A stretch of DNA of 62,919 bases, the filler included, from Bigelowiella natans CCMP2755 (taxonomy: Eukaryota; Protista; Cercozoa): assembly GCA_000320545.1 (NCBI GenBank). It is 7 parts of 7 records of this genome, joined end to end, with 100 filler letters (N's around TTAATTAATTAA, not from the genome) between each part and the next. Parts side by side here need not be neighbours in the genome. Positions count along the whole stretch, not along the records: positions 1 to 29,946 come from ADNK01002708.1; 6 more parts are not named here. One strand, given 5' to 3'. Shown piece after piece: positions 13,039-25,486 of the stretch; position 1 is the stretch's first letter; each line of letters begins with the position of its first letter. Under the pieces are notes generated by a model. That model saw nothing but the letters and a program-made list of their open reading frames with translations. It was not told where the DNA came from and searched no databases. A program made the position numbers and the translations under genes.

Positions 13039-13556
13039 TTATCTTTTGCCCTCACGTCTGCAACGATCGCTGCAGTATTTCACCTGTGCATTATAGATAT
13101 CTTTATAAAGAGACAGTGCATGCAAAAGTATGCCAAAAAACTAATTTGGATTTAACTTAAATTGGGGGAAAGACCTCATCCCAGCAACGTTCCCATTTTT
13201 TCCTCCATGTGAAAGGTCGTCCGCAAACAACACAATCCTTTTGAGGCAAATTTGACTTATTTCCTTTCCAGCCGCCCTTCTTTGTCTCTGCTTTCCCCCC
13301 TTTTTTCGCCCATGACATCATGACACTACAGGAAAAATAAAATCTTAACCAAAAAATCGAACCTAGTAGCAGTATACAGCAATAGATACCTTCTCGTTTG
13401 CCGCGGGGCAGTTGCTGGTACTACGAATGGCATTCGAGTAAACAACGAAGTGTTAGCCATCACGGTCAACCTGTGGTTTCTGCGTGCAACGGGAGACGTG
13501 AACAATCCGAAGGATGAAATCATAGCTATGAGTATCCCTATCCAGGGATTGTTCAT
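13039..13556 (-). CDS. DUF2256 Zn-ribbon protein with a signal/transit-like leader (3 exons; start may lie further upstream)
   Basis: Spliced product ...[31 protein letters not shown]|[14 protein letters not shown] matches the DUF2256 consensus. Leader is [29 protein letters not shown]. Confidence 0.85.
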
Positions 13557-15185
13557 TGATATTCGAAGGCTGTGGAGCTCAACGAGTTGCTGGGTGCCTA
13601 GAGAGAAGCTCTTGATCTCGCCTCGACAATTTCGGTCTCAAAGCCCTAGACTCTCCCTCTTCGAAGAACACGATTGAAAAACAAATTTCGATAACCTACT
13701 GACCCCCCCTAACTCCCAAGAGAGCGGCTCGCTCTGCACCAGCGACGGCCACCTGACTAACGACGAGTGGTGCCTGCTTCTCCTCGGGGATACAGGTTCT
13801 TGACGGGGATTCGGGTTCCTTCTGCGATAATTCATTGCCATTGTCGCAGTGTCAAAATTGGATCGAATTCTCTATAGTTTCCAGCATGGCCAGATTTTGG
13901 TAGATCTACCTTAGATCTAATTGACAAAGCACGCTTTTTCCTGGTTTTGCCATCACAGAAATTTGATAACCCTGGTCACTACGTAGCCAGTAGAAAAGTT
14001 GATGGGGTAAGATCCTGCCATGCGGGAAGAAGTCTACGATAGGCTAATAAAGTAGGACCTTTATGTAAATTTTATGACGATGGGTGGAAAAATCATAATA
14101 TTGGGGGTTTAGTTGGTACATTCGCTCATAAATGTGTCTTAGCGAACAACATGGAAATCACCCTAAATCCTGCTTTAACCCAGTGGGTTTATATCCTTGC
14201 GACTTGCTTGGAGGCTCTTCGCTATTCTCATGTTAACCTCTATAAAATTGAAGAAAATCATCAACAAAACTGAAACAACGACTTAAAAGTTTATTTGCCG
14301 TTTCCCGATTTCATCCTATCAACTCACGTTCATCTTGTCACAAGGAGTTTGCAACTTCACACGGTACAGTCAAAGACCCATGAGAAACCAGATGAGCAAT
14401 GGCATTTATTTTCCTTCATATAAAGGCCAATTCTCGACATAATCCGCGAACATGCGGCGAAAGGCTCCCTTTTAACCTCTGTTTTACGGGCAAACTGCGA
14501 AAGTAAGGCACGTTTTCCGAGTCTTAAATACAGGTACCGGTGAGACGGCAAGCGCCACTCTTAACCGAACAACCCGGTGACGGTAGTGAGCGTTCCACTG
14601 TGGACGGTCACTGTGTAGTGTGCACGTGTGTGAAGAAAGAAGAATACTTGCACCCAACGCGAGCAGTGGTAGGAGAACGAGATGTTAATCATGACCCTTC
14701 TGTCATGAGAGGCAACGCTCGCGCGCTATGGGGTGGCCCATGTTTTTGTTGGAAACAGAGGGCAGGCAGGGAAGAGGGAGGGAGGAAGAGCACCCCCTCC
14801 ACCGCCTCATCGGCGTGTGATTGCCGGGGCACCTCCTTCCTCTTCGCCATCCGTTTCCATAGTTCGGAAAGGAATGACCGTATGAGCACGAGCGAGAAAA
14901 AAAACCGAGAGAGCCTTCCAGTAGTTTTGATGGGCTAAACCGCTTTCCAAATTTTGGCATGGAAGTCGTCCCCCCCCCCCCCCCCCATTCCCCCCGTCCT
15001 TCATAACATTCCATAAATGTTTTTCTCCATACGTGACAGATATCCCAAAACCGCATCCCTTTCCCGCTAAATACAATACGCTTTTGGCCAATCTTTGTTG
15101 CTGAACTTGCCGCTCACGAGCGTTGTTGAAGAGCCCCTTCTCAGCCTCCTCCCCAGCAGAGAAAATAAGTGTAGATTCTACATAC

Positions 15186-16660
15186 ATGGAAAGGCAACCT
15201 GGTGTGACAACAAACCCCTCCGCCACCTCCCAACAGCACACCGTGAATCTCCTCGGGAACAGCAACAACCTCGTCCCCGGGGCTCATGGGGGCGATCCCA
15301 TTATGCAAAACGCAGCTGGTCAACAGCAGCATCAGCATCGGCAGAAGCAGCAGCAGCAGCAGCAGCAGCAAAACCAGCAGCAGCAACAGGCAATGTCGAT
15401 CTGTAACTGTATACACTGCGGAACGACGCTGACATACCCAAGCAATTCCGCATACATCCAATGTCCAAAATGCTCCCAAACAATGAATCCCCAGGCCCCA
15501 GAAACAAATTATATCAACTGCCTCGGCTGTGGTACGCTTCTCTCCCATCCACCCTCCTCCCTAACAATACAATGCCCGAAGTGCCTCATGATCATGGAGC
15601 TTCCCGTGAGGGGGGGAGGGACCGGTGGCCGCGGCCAGTCGATGGCCGCGAAGAATGACACTCGCAAACGGCGAAAGGACCCGAACGCCCCCCGGCGTGC
15701 ATCGAACGCATACATGATATTCTGCAAAGAGCGGCGGGCACATCTCAAGCGTGAGCGGCCTGACCTCCCTTTTGGAAAGCTAGGAGCCAAACTGGGGGAA
15801 ATGTGGCGGGACATGAGTGCTGAAGATCGTAAGCCCTTTGAGGTTAAGGCGGCGTCGGACCGAGAGCGATTCAAGCAGGAGATGGAATCATACAACGCGC
15901 AACTAGCGGAACGGCGTAAGAGGATGAAAAGCGACGAGTCGCAGCAGTTACTCAGGGAATATCAGCAGCCTCGAGGAATGCATCCTGGCGTCTCCCCCTT
16001 TCAGCAGCTTGGTGCCGGTGGAGGCATGATGGGTGGCTATGGCGCGGCGAACCATCTGGGAGGGGCGATGGGGGGGGGGTCGAACATGATGCTCCCAAAT
16101 ATGATGGCAACCGGCGGCATGATCCAGATGGGGGGCATGCAAGGGGGGGGGATGCGTGTTGGGGCAATGCCTCAACATTATGGAGGGGCTGGCATGTTCG
16201 CTCAGCAGCAGCAACAGCAGCAGCTTTCGCAGGAGATGAAGGCGATGAGCCAGTTCCTTCCGACAAGCCAACAGAACTTCCAGCAGCAGCAGCAGCAGCA
16301 GCAGCGTACTACTCCGGCTCAGCAACAGGGCCTCGTAGATATACCTGCCCCCCCCCAACTCCCGGGGACTGGAATGCAAGATCGAAAGCTTCCGGGACTC
16401 ATATACAACACGCAGCAGCCGTCCGCGGGTGCGTCTCATATGGGCGTTGGTGGTGCTGGTTATGGCTACGACCAAATGCAGCAGCAGCAGCAGCAGAAGC
16501 AATTCCCTCCAATGCCATCTCTTCCTAATTCATTTGAAGCCCAGCAGCATCAGCAGCTGCTGCTGCAGCAGCAGCAACAACATATTGGTGGAAAACATTT
16601 ATCGCAGCGAGGACAGCCGTATCCGTCTCAACAGCAACCGCAACAACAACAACAACAACT

Positions 16661-16696
<36 letters not shown>

Positions 16697-16946
16697 GTCT
16701 TTGAAAGTAGCAGGGCCGCCCTCATCTGCCGCTACTGGTAGTGCCACAGCTACTGTGAGCGGGGGGGGGCATCCAGATACGACTTCGTCCGTTGGTGGGG
16801 GCTCTGTTAAGACCAACGTTGAAAGTGCTCATAGCGATAGCGTAAAAGATACGCCTGAGCAACAGCAGGGAGAGGAGCAGAAGCGGAAAGAAGCTGCCAA
16901 AGCTGCTGCTGCTGAACCAAAGGAGGAGCAGGCCGACGAAAAGTAG
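15186..16946 (+). CDS. Transcription/chromatin factor with two LSD1-type zinc fingers, an HMG-box and a Q/G/M-rich low-complexity tail; intronless
   Basis: CIHCGTTLTYPSNSAYIQCPKC and CLGCGTLLSHPPSSLTIQCPKC; KDPNAPRRASNAYMIFCKERR...FGKLGAKLGEMWRDMSAEDRKPFEVKAASDRERFKQEMESY; polyQ tracts. Confidence 0.92.
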
Positions 16947-17104
16947 ATTGGTTGTAGTGTGGTGACTGAGTAGAAGCGGCCGCTCTGATACCTAATGGGT
17001 TGCTCAAGCAAGATGCCGTTCTTCTTCGTCGTCATTAAGATTCTACGGTCGATTTTGCAATTTACTTGTGAGGTTTTCCAACTCAATTCGGAGAGGGAGA
17101 AGAA

Positions 17105-17148
<44 letters not shown>

Positions 17149-17738
17149 TTTCTCGCTGAATACAGAGACATTTCTCGTTTTAGATATTGGCCTGAAACGA
17201 CGATCATAGATATATTCTAGAAATTTCGCGTTGGAAGCTCAAACGCGGGTGCAACGCTAATGATTTATTTTAACTCAATACCTCGCTATCGGGGTATTAC
17301 AGCTTCTTTATTATTTTAGTATTATCAACACAACTTGCGATACGATAACAATGCGGTAATGAAACCAAAAGTCACTGGCGTGCGGACATGCGTGTGTGTG
17401 TGTGTATGTTTGTGTGTGTAGCGCTTGTGCGTGTAAGAAAAAGGTCACGTGCGCGTATTTGTTTATTTCAATCATACCAGCGTAGGTAGCGGCTACGAGC
17501 TGATATAAATCGAGTAGTAGCTATTATCCAGTAGATTGAGCTCCTTGTCTAGGGCGAGTAGTGATGATGGTGATGCGAAATGTGCTGCTAGAATGCGTAT
17601 ATAAGTTCTGCTGCGCCGGCGCACATTTGATGACTATAGACACATTGTGATGACGCTTGCTTGCGGCTACGATATATACATGCACTGCCACTACTTCAGC
17701 AACGATGCTGCTGCTTTGTCAATTGCACAGCTAGATCG

Positions 17739-17886
17739 ACAGCTACATCAGGGTGGCCATTTATAACAAATTTAATTTATTCATTACATCCGTCTCAGAC
17801 TCAACATTAGCGCTGTAGTCGCTACATTGCACAGCTACATGAGGATGATCATTGAACAAATTTAATTTGATTCATTACATCCGTCT
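17739..17886 (+). repeat. Two diverged copies of a roughly 57-bp repeat; a third copy lies on another contig
   Basis: acagctacat..gg.tg.....aacaaatttaattt.attcattacatccgtct at 17739-17796 and 17831-17886. Confidence 0.75.
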
Positions 17887-18208
17887 TACATTCGTCTCAC
17901 AACGACACCATCCATCATACGGCACAGGATGTATATGGATAACGATCGGCGGCCTCCATATATTCCATAATAGGCTGGGTGCGCGCACATGCATGTCTAT
18001 ACTGTGCATATATGGCAGCCACGTCTAGCTATGGCTATGTACACTGTGACATCATACGCCGATGGCGACCGAGAATACAATAAAGTGTGTCGATCAATGC
18101 GTGTGCGGGTGACTAGTGTGATTCTATAGATGACTGAATGCGTGTATCACAGCGAGCTGATATTATAATCTTCGATCTATAGAGTATTCCGTATTATCCG
18201 TCGCTGCG

Positions 18209-18842
18209 TCAAGCAACCACATGCGCAGAGGGTTCTACTGAGAGGGAGCTTTGCGAATCAATGCACGCATTTCCACTTTCATCAGAGTCATCAGGTACAC
18301 CTAACTTTGCCTTCAAAGCTTTGTCGTTGTAATCTCTTCGTCGATTCTTCCCCATCTCCTCGTTTGCCAGGCCGCAAAGTCTTGCTTTCCTCTGCTGGGA
18401 ACGTAACTTACGCATGTGTTTTTTAATTTTGGGGGAGCATCTTTTGGCATATCGGTTCACTTTTTCAACTTCCATTAGCCCTCCCGAATTTTCAGCATTT
18501 CGGAGTCGTTTCAGCCTTCTTGCCTCGCGTTGGGCCTCGCGCTCTTTTACGAACGCTGCATTAACCACAGACTTCACCCTGGACTTTTTATGACGGATAG
18601 ATCGTGAAAGTAACCCACTTGTCCCCCATTCACACGACGGGACATGTGGTATGGTTGCAAGAAGGAGTAGAACGAGGCCTGAGCAATTTGGAACGGGCCA
18701 AATGAGTCGAATGATATGACAGCTACAACCTTCATGGAAAAATAGGAAGAGAGAACAGGAAGAATAGAACGCTCAGACCTGCCGTCCCCGCAGCTGCTAC
18801 ACCGATGCATTGCCTTGGAAGGGAAAGTTTTCGTCGCACCAT
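18209..18842 (-). CDS. Hypothetical basic protein with a possible signal-like N-terminus (3 exons)
   Basis: In-frame GT-AG splicing gives MVRRKLSLPRQCIGVAAAGTAG|CSCHIIRLIWPVPNCSGLVLLLLATIPHVPSCEWGT|RVKSVVNAAFVKEREAQREARRLKRLR... Confidence 0.5.
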
Positions 18843-19611
18843 GGAAGCAGCCTTATGAGGCACACATATTTTCCAACGATGATTAATGACTGATGACTAT
18901 TTGGTTTCACCCAGCCATATCACACGAAGGCGCTCGCGAATCAGCACGCCCCTCTCCCCATTCCTCTCGCTGCCGGTAGTCCTGCAGTTACAAACGAAAT
19001 GGAGGACATTTCCCTTGAACATATACAAGCGACAAGAAAACTTAGTATAAATGACAATATAGGGACAATGTCCTGCGAATTTAGATTGCGACAAGGAAAG
19101 AATACCGTCGATACTACGAAATAGAAGTCTTTTTGAGTCGAACGGAAATCGATTTTGTTTCAAGTATTTGAATGAGTTTTGAATTCGTTGCAGAAGAGCA
19201 CCGCCTGCCCCCCTCCCATCAAGCCGTTTGTCGTCGCTAGAAGGCCTGGGAGCCAAAAAATGCTGAATACAAGTCAAGGCTACGATTCTGGCAATTTGGC
19301 CACTCCAGAAACTTCAAGTTCGATAAAGGTGTGGTGAAATAGCATAGGCGTTAAATCCAAAGTAGTTCTCCTCGTTGCAGCTAACATGACACAAGTAGCA
19401 TAACAATTATGGAGGCCCTCAAGATCGTGGGGGAAAATCAGCGCCGTTGAATCACAATTACAATTTTATCCCATTGGCACTAAATGCAGGTAGTAAACGC
19501 GAATAAATCGGGGGAAGTGTCTGTCGAAGCCCCGCCACGCTCGATGCTGAAAAGGGAGCAAAAGAAGAAGAACAACAAGAAGAAAAGAGTAATAACTATT
19601 TGAACAATTCA

Positions 19612-20970
19612 ATGCCTTCGATATGTTATCTTTCAAAACTCTCCCGGCTGTTGCGCCTCTCACAACTCGACGCATCACGGTCAGCCCTCCTGAATCATTT
19701 ACGGATACCGAACGTTCATGCTTTTCGCCAGGCAATCGCGGCAAAACGAGGGGCTGCTAGCATAGCCATTAGAACGGCCCAGATTGGATTGTGGTTGATG
19801 AAGGACATGTGCTGGTTGCTGCTGCTGCCCGCGCTGTCAGCACCCCTGGGAGTTGTTGCTATTTTGCTGCAGATGGCGATCATTTGGCAGGCCAGAAGAG
19901 CAGCGGCTGAGGTACGTTCATGATGGAGAATCATTTCGATCTGGCCACAATGAACTTGTGTTTCCCACTTTTTTAGAACCCCCCCCCCCCCCCCGCTCCC
20001 ACTTCCCCCTTCCTTCCTTCCGCACTATTGTTTATCGCAGGTGCTGCATGAGTTTTGTGTGGGACTATGGCTTCTAGGCAACTACATTTGGATGATTGCG
20101 GAGTCACTGTAATGGACAACTATATGAGGGGGGGAACCAGAAAGATAACAATGCGGGATATACTCGTCTTTCGCCATCATCAGAATCGTCATCAGATCAT
20201 CAATTTATACAAATGCAATCAGTTACGATGACGTGGACGCGGACATTAACCTGGGTGGCGTGCCTTTGCTAGGGGAAAACCACTCACAATACGCACGGTA
20301 AAGAGCGGAGTGGGGGGGGGGGGGGGCGGAGGGGGGCGACGTGTCACTGACACCCGAACAGATGCGAAACAAGGGAATCATCTCTCAATCCTTTTATCTA
20401 TGAAGGACGTGAATTCTCTAGCATATAGTGATAGTTAATAAAAATTGCGGGAGAGCAGCGCTGTCATTATTCCTTCTATGAAGAGAACGGCGCCTCGCCA
20501 CGCCTGCAACAGCCTCAATCCTCCTCCCATGTGGTGCTGCTGCCGGGGTTCGACGAACGTGTTTTGATTGCTAATTGCTGCTGCTGCGGTCTCTCCGTTG
20601 TCATCACAGGTTGATCCGAATCACGAGAGTGCTATTTCTGTCAAGGTAGATGTTGTAGTGTAGTGGTAAATCGAGCCAAACGCCTTCAGTGTGACAGTAA
20701 ACAAATGCACACACGCGCTCAACACCCACACAACGCACGTACATGCACTAAACACTTGCATTATGTATGTTAAGGCAATATGTACGTTGGGGGGGGGGGG
20801 GGGGGGCAGAAGGAGCTTACGTGCGTGCTCGATGTCCTTGCCTGTCATTGGATTGCACTTGCGTAGGAATGATAATTAGTTGCGACAATGATGTATCATC
20901 CTCAGACGGATCTCCGCTGCGGTATTCGGTGTCGGGCTCTGTGCATTTGTGTTTCACGTTTTTGAGCTGA
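19612..20970 (+). CDS. Uncharacterised membrane protein of the 'WLxKDxxW...WxxxNxxWM' type (3' end approximate)
   Basis: AQIGLWLMKDMCWLLLLPALSAPLGVVAILLQMAIIW...AE|VLHEFCVGLWLLGNYIWMIAESL|YDDVDADINLGG, spliced in frame. Confidence 0.55.
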
Positions 20971-21640
20971 TGCGGGGTGGTAGCAGCAGGAAGGCCGCTT
21001 GTAGTAGTTGTACGACAGCGAAACAGGGCGGGAGGGGCAGAAGGGAGAGACGAGAGTTGTAGTGGATGACAAGATCATCCTCACTGCTTAAATAGCGCTG
21101 CCTACACAATGCAAGGCACATGCATTGTATGCAAGTTGAGTTATGAATGTGCTCTTTGCTTCGTCACGCTGCTATACTTTCAGGCACTACGCTGTTCTTA
21201 CTCTTATCATAAACTCAACACCTTGCTCTAGCTATATAGCAATAAGTGCATGTGGCATGGTGTGCTTGCATTTTGTTCGTCCCGACAATCAATGTCCACT
21301 TGTACTTCATGCTGCCCCACTACACATGCATGCACGTTGTCTATAGTTGTGCTGGCGCTAGCATTGCGAGAGCTGTGCTTGCTTTGCAATAGTCACTTAA
21401 TGTGCAACAAAGCGTTGACGTGCCCGCATGCTCACGCGCGCCATCTCTTGTCATTATGATCGAATACGAACGCACATGTACGCACACATAATATAAATCA
21501 CGTGCACGAGTTTATTTGATGGCGCAGAGCAATGTATGCAAGTGCCAACTGTATGTCATCCACAAATAAATACATTCGTGTGTACGCACATAAACGTAGA
21601 TACGACTTACTCAAACGCACACGCTCAAATGGTACATGCT

Positions 21641-21678
<38 letters not shown>

Positions 21679-21975
21679 TGGTGTGCACATACAGAAAACA
21701 CCATAGCAATTTCATGCCGTCGCTCCTTGCCCTTTCTCGTACATCGTACACATCTTCTCAAATTAAAAGACAGCCGCGAACGAGTCGCCACCCGCGTGCA
21801 TGTGCACTCTTTTTATCTTGGCCACACTCCGTCATCCTTGTTACAACTTATTCATACCGACAGTGTTGGACGTTTGCTCTAGGCTAAGAGCCTTCTCGAT
21901 TTCCTACCAGATGATGTGTTGCATGTGAGAGGAAAATCCAGGAAATTGAATGCCGCACACTAGCACTGGCAGCAT

Positions 21976-22031
21976 TCAGCGTCTCGTCTCAGCTGTATGC
22001 ACGTCGCGAAGAAGGTGCAATTTATTCTAAG

Positions 22032-22068
<37 letters not shown>

Positions 22069-22301
22069 TGCGTGCTACATGTGCGAAGTATGGAAGAGCA
22101 ACGCTAACGGCTGTGAAAAGCAGCGCCAGTTGAGCCCCAGATCCGTAAAGACCTACGTGGATCGAAGAAGGTTGTGTGCAGGAAGGAAGAGGGATGAAGG
22201 ACGACGTGGATCACACCACTTTCCACTATGGATTAGAATTATAAAAACCGCCCTCACAGCTTACATGTGCGCATGTGGTATTAGAACCAGATCATATACA
22301 C

Positions 22302-22347
<46 letters not shown>

Positions 22348-22378
22348 TTATATGCTCTTAATAAAAAATTATACATTA

Positions 22379-22419
<41 letters not shown>

Positions 22420-23316
22420 CACTATCTATGTGTGTGTGTGTGTGTGCGTGGTATCAACGCCACCTGGTCCTGCGAGAGCCACTTGCGTCATAACGTGGAA
22501 GCCAAGATACCAACACCACATCAGCACTCCCATACACTTGAGAATGTTGGAACATTCTGGCTTCATCATCGTGACGAACCCCATCAAGCCATACGCGACC
22601 GTCCAAACGCCGCCCATTACTTGCACCTTTGAGCCCACACAGGGGCGACAGGCAGTTGTCATCGTTCAATCTTACAGATTCTATTCCATCCCCCCCCCCC
22701 CCCCCAAAAAAAAAAAAAAAACTTTTAATTTGGGCGGGTTGCCAGAGGTGATTTAGGCAGCAATTTCGTCCACGGAGCACGGCGTGTGCAGGGAATTGTG
22801 TCTGGCAACACTCACAGCACGTGCGCGGTACAACAAACAAAGAAAGAATGAACGAAGACGCTCCCCTCGATACACGTGTTTGGCTCTCGAGAGACGTACA
22901 TCAGGGTACACGATGACGTTGGGGGGGTAGATCACTGGAGAGGCGAGCCTGCCAGGTCCTAATTCGCAAGACATATAAGTACACAGAATGAAAGCACCAT
23001 GTAAGCTGTATTCACACAAGAAAAATGACTTTCTTCTTCTTCTTCTTCTTCTTCTTCTTCTTCTTCTCTCGGGTTGATCAATGCTGATGAAACCACCCGC
23101 CCTCTCTCCCTCCCTCCCTCCCTCCCTCCATCATCAGCGCACAACGCACCTTCCTGCACCCTAACCCAACACGATACGCCGAGCATTCCGACACCGAGGA
23201 CAGTCACGAGGAAGCTGTAGTATGCAAGTCTCGTCCTGAAAACGCATGGCCATTACAGGGATATCATGTTCCCAGTATCTGTGTTTTGTATGTGTGTTCT
23301 CTCTCTCTCTCTTTCT

Positions 23317-23347
<31 letters not shown>

Positions 23348-24093
23348 TGTAAAAGATTCAGGCGGGACGTGCGATGCCGCTTACCTGTGTTTAGAGACGT
23401 TCGCTGGCTCATCAGTGCCTGTCTGTACTTTGTACAGGTTCAGTACGGAGAAAAACTGGAGTCTACGAAGAGGGGGGGAGGGGGGGGTTATCATTGCATT
23501 TGCTTGTGAGTGTGTGCGTGTGTGCGTGTGTGCGTGTGTGCGTGTGTGCGTGTGTGCGTGTGTGCGTGTGTGCGTGTGTGTCTATATGAACTCTTCGATC
23601 CGTGCGTGTGTGCGTGTGTGTCTAAATGAACTCTTCGATCCAAGCTAGTTGCGTGCGAGTAAGCACTCTACGGTTTTTGCAATTTTATCAGTCAAATTAT
23701 TCGGCGTGTTCCCGACCCGAGTGCCAAGCCGCAAAGAGCCATACTCGACATCAAATATCCCATGTAGAACGCAACTTCCTCTCGAAACCTAGCGATCAAC
23801 GCGAATCGTGAGGCTACAACAGACTATGCTATGATTCCCATTGCTTTGCAAAGCTGCAGCGCGCTCCGCATGACAATCGCTGCGCCATTTGCATTCGGAT
23901 TGTAATCACGCATCGTTCAAACTAACTTGGTCGCCCATCCATCGGCGGGCGGGACCGGGGGGGCGGCGTCGTGCCTAAAGTTGAAAATCTTCCGGGAAGC
24001 AAATCCCGGAGAGTGGCGAAAGACGTACACTGTTAATGCTGCCCATTCACCGTTCTATGGAATAGATATGCGTGTACCCATACGCGAGCGCGC

Positions 24094-24137
<44 letters not shown>

Positions 24138-24301
24138 CGCGCGCGAACATACACTCTTGCTTCACGCCTCTTCCCCCCGCGTTGGCATCCCCTACCTCCC
24201 CTTCTACCGCAATGTCAGGACTGCACACCAAAAGCTGAACGCTGAAGCGTTGATCTGTTGTTTTTCAAAGGATACACATTCGTCACCACATTTCATATGT
24301 G

Positions 24302-24346
<45 letters not shown>

Positions 24347-25405
24347 GCTGAGGAAGGAAGGAGAACATACGTGCATATTGAGATTATGGTGTGGGGTGCA
24401 CGGGTAGAGAGGCAGGTGGAAAGCCCGTAGGTTGTGGATAACTCGTGATCAGGGCATCTCAACACTCACCTCGAACAGTAAGGAACCCAACCCCAGACTA
24501 AGGCCGAGGAAGACGAGAACAACCTCTGCGGCTCCTGCGCCCAACAAAACGCCAGCCGGAAATACCTAGAAAGCCATTGCTACATGAGTCTAGTGTCCGG
24601 CTCGTTTACGATATTTTAGGAAAATGCTTCATCTTATTACATCTGAAGTCCCATCAAGCTGATCTGTTGGTATGTTGACGCCGTTGCAGGAAATCCAATA
24701 CTTCACGCGCATGGGAGGGGGGGGGGGAGAAAGGAGCAAAACGATAAATCCGACGGAATCTCCCCCGTGGGAAATCAATGTTGGTTAATCTCAATGTCAT
24801 GCTGGCTCTACCACAATAGCCTCAGGCAGCATGATCAGCGACGAAGCTACGACGAGGCCAGCAGCACGATAGATTTTTGCTGGGTTAACTTGAATGGAGA
24901 TAAAGCATGAATGAACGACGGTATAGAGTGCGGTTGGCCACTAGGGTCAGGTCGCTATCTTCACACGAAACAAGTTGAAATAGCGATATCAGACGATCTA
25001 CCAGCTGCAGGAATTCCCTTCTTTTCAACGTCCATCATGTAAGTGCTGTCACAATGTAAGAGCTGATGGACTATGAAGTACACACACAACGAGGTTCCCT
25101 TCCGGAAAGTGGGATATCTAGGAGCAGTAACCGCCTGATCAAGCTAGGATTTGCAATATTCAACCTGCGGCAATCGTAAATCATTGTCGCAGATGGTAAA
25201 CAGAACTCAATTCCAGTGCTTTTGAAACAACTGTTCCGTGGGACGCACCGTAAATACCGGTACGAAGTCCTGCAAGTCGCTGCTCTTTTTTATTGTCGCA
25301 CATGTTTTATACCTTGAGTTTCCATGCTGCAATGTGTGAATCCCGGTTTTTGCTGTCCTCGTGTTTACCCCTGTTTTTACGATTGTCGCAGGATAAAAAT
25401 CCCAT
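21976..25405 (-). CDS. Multi-pass membrane protein, DMT/EamA-like transporter; many exons including micro-exons
   Basis: Reconstructed frame: MGFLSCDNRKNRG|LRTGIYGASHGTVVSK|VEY|YIPL...AKIYRAAGLVVASSLIMLPEAIV|YWISC...|VFPAGVLLGAGAAEVVLVFLGLSLGLGSLLFE|INASAFSFWCAVLTLR|T|IFNFR|FREEVAFYMGYLMSSMALCGL|...LAYYSFLVTVLGVGMLGVSCW...VMGGVWTVAYGLMGF...GLYGSGAQLALLFTAVSVALPYFAH|NKLHLLRDVHTAETRR*. The junction at about 22620-22960 is unresolved. Confidence 0.55.
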
Positions 25406-25486
25406 CGATTTTCATTATTTCTATAGTCGATCTCGGGTGTGCGTTCTCCTCCTCCTCCCCCTCCCGAGAGATCAAAGCCCCTGTGC

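Noticed and set aside
13640-14450. Possible extra minus-strand exons upstream of the DUF2256 gene
   Set aside because: I could not build a consistent reading frame or recognise a domain.
22426-22960. Apparent in-frame TGA/TAA codons suggesting a pseudogene or second selenoprotein, and a TspO-like VWTVAYGLMG motif
   Set aside because: Alternative splice choices remove the stops, there is no Cys-homolog context or SECIS, and the segment fits better as the 3' part of the DMT-like gene.
25100-25270. GASHG...PSLIRRLLLLD resembling an alpha/beta-hydrolase nucleophile elbow
   Set aside because: It requires a frameshift and sits too near the N-terminus; a GC-AG micro-exon solution keeps the frame without it.
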